A stretch of DNA of 64,000 nt. Source: Spirochaetia bacterium (GTDB lineage Bacteria; Spirochaetota; Spirochaetia; UBA9216). Of this stretch, positions 27,811-37,636 are shown piece after piece. The notes below the pieces were generated by a model, which saw only the letters and a list, made by a program, of their open reading frames with translations, did not search any database and had not been told where the DNA came from. The DNA lies in assembly GCA_963675665.1 (NCBI GenBank), contig OY776510.1, forward strand, positions 4,928,001 through 4,992,000, in the 5' to 3' direction. Position 1 is the stretch's first letter, and each line of letters starts with the position of its first letter. A program made the translations under genes and the position numbers.

Positions 27811-30800
27811 TCTTTGCCTCCGTAAAGAGTTCCATAAAGCGCGGGAATAAAAACAAGTGCAGTAACAGTTGAAAAAATAAGCCCGAACACAATGGTCGTG
27901 GCCATCGGCTGCCATACAACCGATCTGCCTCCGATACCTGCAGCTGTAGGGAGAAGCCCCGCTATTGTTGTAACGGACGTCAGAATTATCGGGCGCAAAC
28001 GGGTTGAAGCCGCTTCTGTTACCGCTTCTGAAACCTTTTTACGCTGCTCCCGCAGCTCGTTGATAAAACTCACAAGCACAATTGAATCGTTAACTGCAAT
28101 TCCGGCCAGAGCCACCCCCGCGTAGAGAACAGTGGTTGAAAAAGGGGTTCCTGAAACAGCAAGGTAAAGAATTACCCCGGCAAAAGAGAAGGGAACAGTA
28201 AGCATAATCAGTACCGGCTGTGTAAATGATTTAAACTGGGCCCCGAGGATCAGGTATATAAGGAAAACACCTATCAGGAAAAGTCTCAAAATCTGGATAA
28301 TCAGGTTGGACAGCTCGGCAAATTCTCCGCCGATTTTCAGACTGATATCCGGATAAAGAGAACTTGCTTCAGTATTGAAATACGCCTCGATTTCCCTGTT
28401 TATCCCGGGAACAAGATCATCGTCATAAGCATCTGCAGAGATTGTTATCTCTCTTTTTCCGTCTACCCGTTTAATTGACGACACACCCTTGTCCTGAATT
28501 ATATTTCCTATTGCGCTGACGGGAATCAGACGTCCGTCTTTTGTTGGAATCTTCATCTGCCTGATTGTTTCAAAACCGGCTGTTTCGTCAGGGTTATATC
28601 CGACTACAACATCTATCTCTTCATTATTTCTGAACAGAGTCGTTGCCGTGATACCGTCGTATGACGCCCTGATATAATTCCCGATTTCCAGCGCCGACAG
28701 GCCGAGTTCACTCGCCCTCTCCCCGTTTATCCTCAGCCTGGCTTCGGGTTTTCCAACCTCAAGGTTATCTTTTACGTTTATCAGGTTGCCGGACTCGCGA
28801 AGTTTTTGCTGAAGCATACCGGAAACCAGCTGCAGATGTTCATAATTATCTCCTTCAATCCTTATATTAAAAGCCTGTTCAACAGGCGGTCCGTTCGCGG
28901 CTTTTCTGAAAAGGACCTGTTCCGGGCCGGGAACTTCAAGAACTGCAGTCCTGGTATCATCCATTATGCGTGCAATGGAACGTTTTCTGCCTTCGCTTCT
29001 TTCAGTCAGATCAACAGTAATCTGGGCGATGTTATTGCCGGTTGTATTGCCGGAACTCCCCCCGGCAAAACCTATGCTGGAGGTTACGGACACTATTTCG
29101 TCGTTACCGATAAACGGTTTTATTTTATCTTCAATCTTCGAGACAACCTCTGTGGTCTTTTCAAGGGTAGTTCCCGGTACCATTTCAATATCAATATAGA
29201 ATAGCGAATAATCCTCGGCGCTGAAAAGGTCCTGTCCGAGAAACGGGACAAGCGAAACTGAACCGACAAAGAAAACGGCAAATATAATCAGCACTGTTTT
29301 TTTACGTCTGTAAACAGAAGCTACAAACTTCTCATAAGCATTTCGGAATGCGACAAACCAGTCTTCTTTTCTCTTTCTGTGCCCTCCCGGCCATTCGGCA
29401 TAATGATTGGGAATAAAAAAGATTGCTTCGAAGGTTGACGCTGCAAGCGCTATGGATACCGTCAGGGGAATAACTCTCAAAAACTTCCCTATTGTTCCCG
29501 GAAGTATCATCAAAGGAAGAAAAGCCGCAACCGTTGTAGCTGTTGCCGCAATTATCGGGACTACAACCTGGTTTACACCCTTAACGGCAGCATCGGATCG
29601 CTTGAGCCCGGCCTGCTGAAACCGGTAACTGTTCTCAATAATAACTATTGCATGATCAACTATAAGTCCCAGCACCAGAACAAGTCCAAAAAGGGTATTG
29701 GTATTAAAGGTCTCACCAAGGTAATCGAGAATAATAAAAGTTATGGCAAATGTGACCGGAATTCCGATTGCCGTCATCAGCGCATTTCTCAATCCTATAA
29801 AAAAGAAGAGGATCAGCACCAGCAGAAAAAGTCCAAGCAAAGCATTGTTAAGCAGAACCCCTATACTGTTGCTTATTTGAACGGTAGAGTCATTCTGAAC
29901 AGTGAAGCTGATTCCCGGGTAATTCGATTCATCCATATTCTCAATTATTGATTTAACACCGTCAGCAACAGTAACCGAGTTGCCGCCGGGAACTTTTGCA
30001 ACCCTGAGAATTACAGCTTTTTCCGAATTAAATCTTGCATAATTGCCGTCACGTTCATAATCTTCAACGACCTCTGCCAGGTCTGAAATTCTCAGTGAAC
30101 CGGAACCGGTATTTCTTCTGACAATCAGGTTCGAGAGATCTCCGGCATCTACAACTTCCCCGATAGTCCTGAGCAGATATTCCCTGTCCGAATCGGAAAA
30201 GCTTCCGCCCGGGAAATTCCCGGCATTGGATTGCACAGCCTGAATAATCTCGTTCAGGGAAATTCCCAGGGCTTCCATTCTCGGTTTCTCGGCATTAATA
30301 AAGATCTTCTTTTCCCGCCGGCCTACAGCTTCAACACCTGACACATCAGTGATATTTTCTATCCTGCCGCTTATCGCAGCGGCAGCGGAGACAAGCCCTG
30401 CATATTCAACATCGCCGTAGATTACCGCTTCGATTACAGGGAGAAAATCCGATGACGAAAAATCATCAACCAGAGGGTTCAGGGTTCCGTCCGGCAAATC
30501 CACTCCGGAAAGTCGGGTCTGTACATCCTGAAATAACGTTTTAAACTGCCGGTCATCAATTCCGTCGTCAAATTCAATCCTTATAACGCTTAATCCTTCG
30601 CTGCTCACAGACTGAATGCGTTTAAGATCATCCAGCCCGTCCATCTCGTTCTCGATTCGAATCGTAACCGAAGCTTCAACATCCTCTGCAGAAACTCCCG
30701 GGTACGGAACAATTATATTGGCCCAGTAAAAGGGAACTTCCGAAAACTGTTCGCGCGGAAGCTGCAGCATACTGAATGCACCGAGAACAAGCAGGGTCAC

Positions 30801-30854
30801 CATCAGAATGGTCAACAGAACATTATTCGATACTGAAAATTTACCTATGTTCAT
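27807..30854 (-). CDS. RND efflux permease (AcrB/AcrD/AcrF family)
   Basis: GLIVDHAIVIIEN, GIAVNDSIVL, RLRPIILT. Confidence 0.95.
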   Translation of the reverse strand: MNIGKFSVSNNVLLTILMVTLLVLGAFSMLQLPREQFSEVPFYWANIIVPYPGVSAEDVEASVTIRIENEMDGLDDLKRIQSVSSEGLSVIRIEFDDGIDDRQFKTLFQDVQTRLSGVDLPDGTLNPLVDDFSSSDFLPVIEAVIYGDVEYAGLVSAAAAISGRIENITDVSGVEAVGRREKKIFINAEKPRMEALGISLNEIIQAVQSNAGNFPGGSFSDSDREYLLRTIGEVVDAGDLSNLIVRRNTGSGSLRISDLAEVVEDYERDGNYARFNSEKAVILRVAKVPGGNSVTVADGVKSIIENMDESNYPGISFTVQNDSTVQISNSIGVLLNNALLGLFLLVLILFFFIGLRNALMTAIGIPVTFAITFIILDYLGETFNTNTLFGLVLVLGLIVDHAIVIIENSYRFQQAGLKRSDAAVKGVNQVVVPIIAATATTVAAFLPLMILPGTIGKFLRVIPLTVSIALAASTFEAIFFIPNHYAEWPGGHRKRKEDWFVAFRNAYEKFVASVYRRKKTVLIIFAVFFVGSVSLVPFLGQDLFSAEDYSLFYIDIEMVPGTTLEKTTEVVSKIEDKIKPFIGNDEIVSVTSSIGFAGGSSGNTTGNNIAQITVDLTERSEGRKRSIARIMDDTRTAVLEVPGPEQVLFRKAANGPPVEQAFNIRIEGDNYEHLQLVSGMLQQKLRESGNLINVKDNLEVGKPEARLRINGERASELGLSALEIGNYIRASYDGITATTLFRNNEEIDVVVGYNPDETAGFETIRQMKIPTKDGRLIPVSAIGNIIQDKGVSSIKRVDGKREITISADAYDDDLVPGINREIEAYFNTEASSLYPDISLKIGGEFAELSNLIIQILRLFLIGVFLIYLILGAQFKSFTQPVLIMLTVPFSFAGVILYLAVSGTPFSTTVLYAGVALAGIAVNDSIVLVSFINELREQRKKVSEAVTEAASTRLRPIILTSVTTIAGLLPTAAGIGGRSVVWQPMATTIVFGLIFSTVTALVFIPALYGTLYGGKE

Positions 30855-31942
30855 TCACGACCTCCCGCGCCCGCTGGAAAACTCGGGATAACAGCTGCAC
30901 CGTCGCTCAGACTTTTCAAGCCTGAAGCAACAACAGATTCGCCGGCGTCAATACCGTCAACGACTTCCAGCCTGTTGCCGGAGACTGTTCCTGGTTTGAT
31001 TTTCCTGAGTATAGCCGTATTTTCTTCTATAATGTAAACATATTTATCCGGGCCGATATCAAACACGGAGGATGCCGGGATTATAATCGCGGTAGGGTTA
31101 TCGGCAAGATCGATAGACACATCTGCTGAAAATCCGGATCTTATGTCAACACCGTAAGGATTGGCCGCTTCTATAATAACGCGAAAACTGCCTGTACTTT
31201 TATCACTCGACAGGGCTATTGCGGCAACCTGTCCTTCAAGCTGCTTCGATCCGGTTTCAATAAGCGCTTTTGCCCCCTGCTTTATTCTTCTGACTTCATC
31301 ATCACCAAGGAACAAATCAACCTTTATACCTGACAAGTCTATTACCCTGCCTATACGGGCGCCTTCGCTGATATAATTACCGATTCCTATACTGCTTTCC
31401 ATATCGGCAAGATACCCGTCGAACGGAGCTTTAACAACGGTATTCTGATAACGCTTGACGGCATCCCTGTACAATGCTTCGGCCCCGGCAAACTGCCCCT
31501 GGACCCGAACCAGTTCAGCCTCGCTTGCACTTCCTCCGTCATAGGCGCGTTTAACCGAGTTGTAATCAATTTCGGCGCTTCTGAACTGCTGTTCAGCCTG
31601 AAGCATCGACAGCTTCGCGACATTGCTGTCTACACCGAGAACAGCATCACCCTTATCAATAAAACTTCCTATTTCAGCATAAACTTCAACTATATTTCCT
31701 CTTGTTTCCGAAATAATTACCGCCTCATTCTTTCCGCGGATAAGTCCCGATGCATTAATGGTTGATATAGCCATACCGTACTGAGCCTTCACAGCCTCGA
31801 CAGCCACTCCGGGTTCTTCCGGTATATATAAAGATGCAGCTGTGCCTACGTCTGAAGAACCGGCCCTGTTTATATAAAGGAAGATCCCGACAGCAACCAC
31901 AATTATTATAACTACTATTATTACAACACGTCCGACTTTCAT
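30851..31942 (-). CDS. RND periplasmic adaptor (MFP)
   Basis: N-terminal TM anchor, VKAPFDG lipoyl half-motif. Confidence 0.92.
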   Translation of the reverse strand: MKVGRVVIIVVIIIVVAVGIFLYINRAGSSDVGTAASLYIPEEPGVAVEAVKAQYGMAISTINASGLIRGKNEAVIISETRGNIVEVYAEIGSFIDKGDAVLGVDSNVAKLSMLQAEQQFRSAEIDYNSVKRAYDGGSASEAELVRVQGQFAGAEALYRDAVKRYQNTVVKAPFDGYLADMESSIGIGNYISEGARIGRVIDLSGIKVDLFLGDDEVRRIKQGAKALIETGSKQLEGQVAAIALSSDKSTGSFRVIIEAANPYGVDIRSGFSADVSIDLADNPTAIIIPASSVFDIGPDKYVYIIEENTAILRKIKPGTVSGNRLEVVDGIDAGESVVASGLKSLSDGAAVIPSFPAGAGGRE

Positions 31943-31993
31943 TAATCAGTCCTCCTGCTTTTATTTTATTAAAAAAGCTCAATTAAATGATAA

Positions 31994-32060
31994 TACCACT
32001 ACTTGTGATAATCAAGTTAATTTTCACGATTTATCTTGTTTTTTATCACTATATGTGGTA
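31994..32060. promoter_or_regulatory. Two 17-bp operator-like palindromes in the divergent promoter region
   Basis: TACCAC-tactt-GTGATA (31994-32010) and TATCAC-tatat-GTGGTA (32044-32060). Confidence 0.6.
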
Positions 32061-32070
32061 TTTTTTTCAT

Positions 32071-32967
32071 ATGGATTTCGAATCAGGTATCAGCAGACAG
32101 TTAAAACGGCTAAGAAAGCAGAGAAACCTTACTCAGAACGAGCTTGCAGATATAATCGGCATCGGACAGACGGCTATTGCAAACTATGAAAACGGAAAGA
32201 GATTTCCTGATGAAAAGAACCTGGTGAAAATTGCAGATTACTTTGAAACCTCGATAGACAGGCTGATCGGCCGTAATTTCAGGCCTTCCGAACCTATCAT
32301 CAAAAAACAATCCGGGTTCAACTACACTCCTTCCGGCCTGGAAGAGAAAGCCGGTGAGTATTTAACCAAGTCTCTGCAATCAGGCAGCAAGGGTATCGAT
32401 TTGATATTGGAGCTTCTAAACCGGGGATATACTGAAGAGCAGATTATGCTTGATCTTCTTGAGGCATCTCTCCAGAAAACAGGGGACCTATGGGCGGAAG
32501 GCCAATATAACGAGGCTATGGAACATCAGATCAGCAGCGCCGTAATTCAATCAATCATGATGTTGCAGACATATTTTAAAACCGGGCCGGGGTCAAGAGG
32601 CAGCCTGGTTGCTTTAACGGCAGCCGGCGAACAGCATAATATCGGTTTGAGAATGATAGCCAGATTTCTTGAGATAGACGGCTGGCAAAGCTACTTTTTA
32701 GGCTCTTCCGTTCCGGCCAGATCACTTAAGGAGTTCATAAAAACCAATAAAATAAATCTTGTCTTGATATCGGTAACACTCAATGAAAATGCGGATTCCG
32801 CGTGCTCGCTTATTAAAGCAGCCAAATCATGCATTAAACCGCCCGTTGTTATAGCAGGCGGAAGCGCCTCGATTCGCAATTCAGAACAACTCCTTGATGC
32901 AGGAGCAGATTATCAGGAAATAAATGCCGTTAAAATAGTTGAGTATTCAAGGAATATAAAGACCTGA
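32071..32967 (+). CDS. XRE-HTH plus cobalamin-binding domain regulator (CarH/LitR-like sensor module)
   Basis: LTQNELA...QTAIANYENG HTH; W-x9-EH (WAEGQYNEAMEH) and EQHNIG; start reassigned to 32071. Confidence 0.85.
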   Translation: MDFESGISRQLKRLRKQRNLTQNELADIIGIGQTAIANYENGKRFPDEKNLVKIADYFETSIDRLIGRNFRPSEPIIKKQSGFNYTPSGLEEKAGEYLTKSLQSGSKGIDLILELLNRGYTEEQIMLDLLEASLQKTGDLWAEGQYNEAMEHQISSAVIQSIMMLQTYFKTGPGSRGSLVALTAAGEQHNIGLRMIARFLEIDGWQSYFLGSSVPARSLKEFIKTNKINLVLISVTLNENADSACSLIKAAKSCIKPPVVIAGGSASIRNSEQLLDAGADYQEINAVKIVEYSRNIKT

Positions 32968-33061
32968 TATTGAAATCCTGTAAATAAGTTTCTATGATAT
33001 AAACAGCCATGTTTATTATCAGCGGAGGTCACTGTTGGGAGAAAGTTATTTTGGCGGAAAT

Positions 33062-34927
33062 ATGCTGAGGATAAAAATATCTGCAGCTGCAGGTCTTATT
33101 CCTCTTGTGCTTTTTACCCTGAATCAGTTTATTCTTCAAATATTCAATACAGCCCATCAGGAACTTTCGTTACGGATAAGTTACGCAGTGCAGCCTACAA
33201 TTTACCTGCTGTATCTTGTTGCGGCCGTGATAATTGTATTTGTTATTATGAGGCAACTTTCCCCGTTGTTCAGTTATTTCAATAATGGGAACGGCTATGA
33301 AAAAGCCAGAAAATCAACACTGAAAATTCCCTGGATTCTTATCCTTGTGAATTCGGGACTGTGGATCATGGCAATAACACTGTTCTACGGACTTCAGGGT
33401 TTTAACTCAAAAGGCGGAGTTCCTTATTTCTGGAGCCTGACGACAAACAGTATCTCGGGAGCGTTAAGCGCGGTGCTCGCAGCGCTTGTTATTAACAGGA
33501 TGCTTATTCCGGCAAAGATCAGGCTTGCAATGACGGATATAAAAGAGGGTGAATATGATCTTTTTATAAGATTAAAAATACCCATTGTGTTTGTAACAGG
33601 TTTTATTTATACGATATTGAGCCTTATTTATGCCGCCAGGTTTTTCAGTTTTGCAGCGGCCGGCCTAATTCCGCCGCTTCCCGTAGGTTTTGACACGGCG
33701 ATAATAATCACAGCCCTTGTCGGAGCCGTTCCGGTCACTCTTAACATGATCCTGGCTGTAACTGAAGACAGGATTCAGCATAAATTTCTGTTGAAAAAGA
33801 TGAAGGTTCTGACCAGCGGCAACGGAGATCTGGGGAACAAGGTCTCGCTCATAAACTTCGATCAAACCGGCGCGCTTGCTGCAATAATCAACTCATTTAT
33901 AGAGAAAATACGAAGCCTGATTGTCAAAGCCGACAATACAGGAAGGCTTATAGTAAGCACTTCAAACGATATCAATAATCTCCTGACGGAACTGAACAAT
34001 GCCGCAAGAATAATGCTTGAGGCCATTAATTCGGTTGACAACAACATGAATGCGCAGGAAGGTGAAATAAACCGGGCCCGGAATTCTCTGTCTGCTTATT
34101 TTAATGCATTGGCAGATCTCACCGATAATATCAATTCCCAGTCGGAATCGGTAGAACAGACATTTAAAGCGACTGAATCTATCGCCGAATCAATTCGCAG
34201 TGAAACAGTCATGGTAAAAACGGTTGAAAAACAGACGGGAGAATTAAACGGAATCACATCAGGCGGTAACGCCCATATCACAGATTTTATCGAGGCGGTT
34301 AAAGCTGTTGAAAGGTCGTCACAGGTTGTAGAAGAGATTCTCGGGCATATGAAATCCCTCAGCGAACAAATCGACATACTCGCCATGAATGCGGCAATCG
34401 AGGCAGCCCATGCCGGGGAAGCAGGAAAAGGTTTTGCAATTGTAGCCGACGAAGTCCGGCGGCTGTCGGAAAACAACTCCGAACAGTCAAATCAGATTGC
34501 GGCCCAGATGAATATAATGCTGTCGGCAATAAAAGAAGGCAACAGTAAAACAGATCTTGCCCGCAATGCATTTCAGGACATCAATAATAACGTAGAGAAA
34601 ACATCAAACCACTTCAAAGCAATGCTTGAAAGCAGTATAAAGGAAGAGAGCGCTGTTGAAGAACTTATGACGACGGTCAGAAACCTTGTTCATATAACGA
34701 AAGCACTTGAGACAATAGCCGATGCACAAAAAAAGCATAATGAAGATATGAAAACGCTGATTGAGCAGGTTTTTAACAGATTCGGAGGGATTAAGCACTC
34801 GATGAATGAGCAGCGTGAACACAGAAACGTGGTAAGTGATAACCTGGAGCAGATGAAATTAATCACTGCAAAAAATCTCACGGCTGTACAGGAACTGAAT
34901 GAGATACTAGCACAATTCACTCTATGA
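33062..34927 (+). CDS. Methyl-accepting chemotaxis protein
   Basis: About 6 TM helices, HAMP, LAMNAAIEAAHAGEAGKGFAIVADEVRRL. Confidence 0.93.
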   Translation: MLRIKISAAAGLIPLVLFTLNQFILQIFNTAHQELSLRISYAVQPTIYLLYLVAAVIIVFVIMRQLSPLFSYFNNGNGYEKARKSTLKIPWILILVNSGLWIMAITLFYGLQGFNSKGGVPYFWSLTTNSISGALSAVLAALVINRMLIPAKIRLAMTDIKEGEYDLFIRLKIPIVFVTGFIYTILSLIYAARFFSFAAAGLIPPLPVGFDTAIIITALVGAVPVTLNMILAVTEDRIQHKFLLKKMKVLTSGNGDLGNKVSLINFDQTGALAAIINSFIEKIRSLIVKADNTGRLIVSTSNDINNLLTELNNAARIMLEAINSVDNNMNAQEGEINRARNSLSAYFNALADLTDNINSQSESVEQTFKATESIAESIRSETVMVKTVEKQTGELNGITSGGNAHITDFIEAVKAVERSSQVVEEILGHMKSLSEQIDILAMNAAIEAAHAGEAGKGFAIVADEVRRLSENNSEQSNQIAAQMNIMLSAIKEGNSKTDLARNAFQDINNNVEKTSNHFKAMLESSIKEESAVEELMTTVRNLVHITKALETIADAQKKHNEDMKTLIEQVFNRFGGIKHSMNEQREHRNVVSDNLEQMKLITAKNLTAVQELNEILAQFTL

Positions 34928-34939
34928 AGGACAATTTGA

Positions 34940-35560
34940 ATGACGGATGATCAAATAAAAAAGTTGTTCCACGATTTAAAAAACGATCTTGCTGCAATGA
35001 CGGCGCTTCCGAACCTGCACCGGATTTACAAAAACAATATTACATCGGAGGATATGCTTGATCGTCTCACTGAAAGACAACTTGTAATTTCAACAGCATA
35101 TGAAAAACTTTACCAGGGCGGAGATTTTGAATATCTGAATCTTCCTGAATTTATAGACTCTCTTTTATCAAAACAGAACAGATTTTTTTTATCGCATCAT
35201 ACCGGGGTAAAATTGTACAAATCGGTGGCATCTATAAAACTGCCTGTAAAAAAAGCCATAGCGCTCTGCCAGATCCTGACTGAATTGCTGTCCAACTCAT
35301 ACCGTCATGCTTTCGTAAATTCCGAAGGTGAAAAAACCATTAAACTGGATATTTCTTCAGGAAATGACGGAAAACTGAACCTGAAATACAGTGATAACGG
35401 GTGCGGTTTTTCTGAAGATTTTGAACCGGTAAAAGCACGGTCCCTGGGAATGCAGTTTATAATTTCACTGGCAAAACAGCTTGGGGCTAATATAGCGTTC
35501 AACACCGATACACTGACGCAGGGAATTGAGTTTTCTCTGGAATTGGATATGAATAATTGA
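34940..35560 (+). CDS. Sensor-less HisKA_2-like histidine kinase
   Basis: HDLKNDL H-box, ELLSNSYRHAF, DNGCG, SLGMQ. Confidence 0.8.
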   Translation: MTDDQIKKLFHDLKNDLAAMTALPNLHRIYKNNITSEDMLDRLTERQLVISTAYEKLYQGGDFEYLNLPEFIDSLLSKQNRFFLSHHTGVKLYKSVASIKLPVKKAIALCQILTELLSNSYRHAFVNSEGEKTIKLDISSGNDGKLNLKYSDNGCGFSEDFEPVKARSLGMQFIISLAKQLGANIAFNTDTLTQGIEFSLELDMNN

Positions 35561-35631
35561 TCACGGCGGGATTCGAACCCACGGCCTCCTCCTCCGGAGG
35601 GAGGCGCTCTATCCAGCTGAGCTACGTGACC
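35558..35631 (-). tRNA. tRNA-Arg(CCG)
   Basis: GGTCACGTAGCTCAGCTGGATAGAGCGCCTCC-CTCCGGA-GGAGGAGGCCGTGGGTTCGAATCCCGCCGTGATCA; CCA not encoded. Confidence 0.95.
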
Positions 35632-35649
35632 AAACAGAATAGTTTATAA

Positions 35650-35678
35650 AACATACTCCCGCAAAACAAAGTTGTCAA
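35650..35678 (-). promoter_or_regulatory. tRNA promoter
   Basis: TTGACA-17 bp-TATGTT. Confidence 0.65.
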
Positions 35679-35709
35679 CAGGTGCCGCAACAGAACCGGC
35701 AGGCTCTGC

Positions 35710-35932
35710 GTTTCCATAATTTTCACAGTCATAATTCGGAATGAAACCGGTAAGGATCTCTTATAAACCGGGCAAGTGTGCAGCCCATGTTATGACTGAT
35801 AACATATGGCGCTGCCGGGGGCCCTGACGGCGGCGAAAAACATCTGTGTCTTCACAGCAGTTTTTCGCCGACATCGGGGTCAGCGGGTACTGTGTTTCCA
35901 TAATTTTCACAGTCATAATTCGGAATGGAAAC
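35710..35932. repeat. Two 38/39-bp direct repeats enclosing a hairpin-rich 146-bp segment
   Basis: GTTTCCATAATTTTCACAGTCATAATTCGGAATG(G)AAAC at 35710-35747 and 35894-35932. Confidence 0.85.
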
Positions 35933-35953
35933 AAATCTGCCGATATTAATGAC

Positions 35954-36514
35954 ATGAAAATTAAATACAACGCACCATTATCACTAACCTTTGCAATAAT
36001 AGCTTCTCTTCTTGTGCTTATAGATCAAATCAGCGGGGCACACCTGATTCCGACTTACTTTATGGTTCCGGGACGGGGAATGTTCAATACAGGAGATCCT
36101 CTCGACTGGATGACACTTTTTACCCATACCCTCGGCCACTCCAGTTGGAACCACCTGCTCAGCAATATGGCGCTTCTGTTGCTTCTTGGGCCCATACTCG
36201 AAGAAAAATACGGCTCGGTTACGCTTTTTGTGATGGTCTTTATTACCGCCATAGCAACAGGACTTCTGAACGCTTTTTTATTTCCGACAGCGCTGCTCGG
36301 TGCAAGCGGAATTGTTTTCATGATGATTCTGCTTACATCGTTTACAAACAACCGCAACGGAGAGATTCCGTTAAGCTTCATCATGATTCTGATACTTTAC
36401 CTGGCTGCCGAGATAGTAAATGCTTTCAGCTACGACGATATATCCCAGTTTGCACATATTGCAGGCGGTGTCTGCGGGAGTCTTTTTGGATTTCTGCGCC
36501 CGAGAAAGAGATAG
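35954..36514 (+). CDS. Rhomboid-family intramembrane serine protease
   Basis: H.SW.HLLSNM, GASG, AHIAGG; start reassigned. Confidence 0.9.
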   Translation: MKIKYNAPLSLTFAIIASLLVLIDQISGAHLIPTYFMVPGRGMFNTGDPLDWMTLFTHTLGHSSWNHLLSNMALLLLLGPILEEKYGSVTLFVMVFITAIATGLLNAFLFPTALLGASGIVFMMILLTSFTNNRNGEIPLSFIMILILYLAAEIVNAFSYDDISQFAHIAGGVCGSLFGFLRPRKR

Positions 36515-36559
36515 ATTTGCAAAGTTGAATATCTTGCTCTTTTCTGCTACTCTGTCGAA

Positions 36560-37627
36560 ATGATAGAGAAACTTGAAGAAATAGAAGCACGCTTTAACAA
36601 ACTCGAAACCCTGATAAGCGATCCCGATATAATGAAGGACATGAAACGCTACAAGGAGGTCGCACAGGAGCATTCGCATCTGGTTGATGTTGTAGCCGAA
36701 ATAAGGAATTACAAGAGGATAGCCGCCGAAATTGAAGACGCCAGGCTCATGATTGAAAACGAAACAGATTCAGACATGAAAGAGATGGCGCATGACGAAC
36801 TTAAAGGGCTGGAAAATTCCTTCAGGAAAAGCGAGTCCAACCTTAAAACGCTGCTTATACCAAAAGATCCGATGGACAGTAAAAATATAATCATGGAAAT
36901 CAGGGCGGGTACCGGAGGAGACGAAGCCGCTCTTTTCGCATCGGATCTTTTCCGAATGTACTCCAGGCTGGCCGAAGCCCGGAAATGGAAGGTAGAAATC
37001 ATGTCGAGCAATGAAATCAACCTCGGCGGCTTCAAGGAAATTGCGTTCTCTATCAGCGGTAAAAGTGTTTACGGAGATCTCAAATACGAAAGCGGTGTAC
37101 ATCGTGTGCAGAGAGTTCCGGCAACAGAGTCAGGCGGCAGGGTGCATACCTCGGCAGTAACCGTTGCGGTCCTTCCTGAAGCTGAAGATACCGATATCGA
37201 AATCAAGCAGGAAGAACTGAAAATTGATGTTTACCGATCTTCAGGCCCCGGCGGGCAGAGCGTTAACACAACCGATTCGGCAGTGCGGATAACACACATC
37301 CCTACCGGAGTTGTTGTAACCTGCCAGGATGAAAAATCCCAGATAAAGAACAAAGCCAAGGCGCTTAGAGTATTGAGAGCAAGGCTGTTTGAGGCTGAAG
37401 AAGCCCGTAAGGCGAAAGAGCGGGCCGATGAACGAAAAAGTCAGGTCGGCTCAGGCGATCGTTCCGAAAGGATACGGACCTATAATTTCCCCCAGAACCG
37501 TCTGACGGACCACCGGATAAACCTTACGCTGTATAAGCTGGAATCGGTTATGGCCGGAAGTCTTGATGAAGTTATCGAAGCTCTGAAACTCAGCGACAGG
37601 GAAGAATACCTTAAGGCCAACCAGTAG
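36560..37627 (+). CDS. prfA: Peptide chain release factor 1
   Basis: VPATESGGR (PxT motif), GPGGQSVN. Confidence 0.97.
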   Translation: MIEKLEEIEARFNKLETLISDPDIMKDMKRYKEVAQEHSHLVDVVAEIRNYKRIAAEIEDARLMIENETDSDMKEMAHDELKGLENSFRKSESNLKTLLIPKDPMDSKNIIMEIRAGTGGDEAALFASDLFRMYSRLAEARKWKVEIMSSNEINLGGFKEIAFSISGKSVYGDLKYESGVHRVQRVPATESGGRVHTSAVTVAVLPEAEDTDIEIKQEELKIDVYRSSGPGGQSVNTTDSAVRITHIPTGVVVTCQDEKSQIKNKAKALRVLRARLFEAEEARKAKERADERKSQVGSGDRSERIRTYNFPQNRLTDHRINLTLYKLESVMAGSLDEVIEALKLSDREEYLKANQ

Positions 37628-37636
37628 AAAACCATA

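Noticed and set aside
35710-35932. CRISPR array
   Set aside because: Only two repeats, a 146-bp structured spacer and no cas genes; kept as an unexplained repeat.
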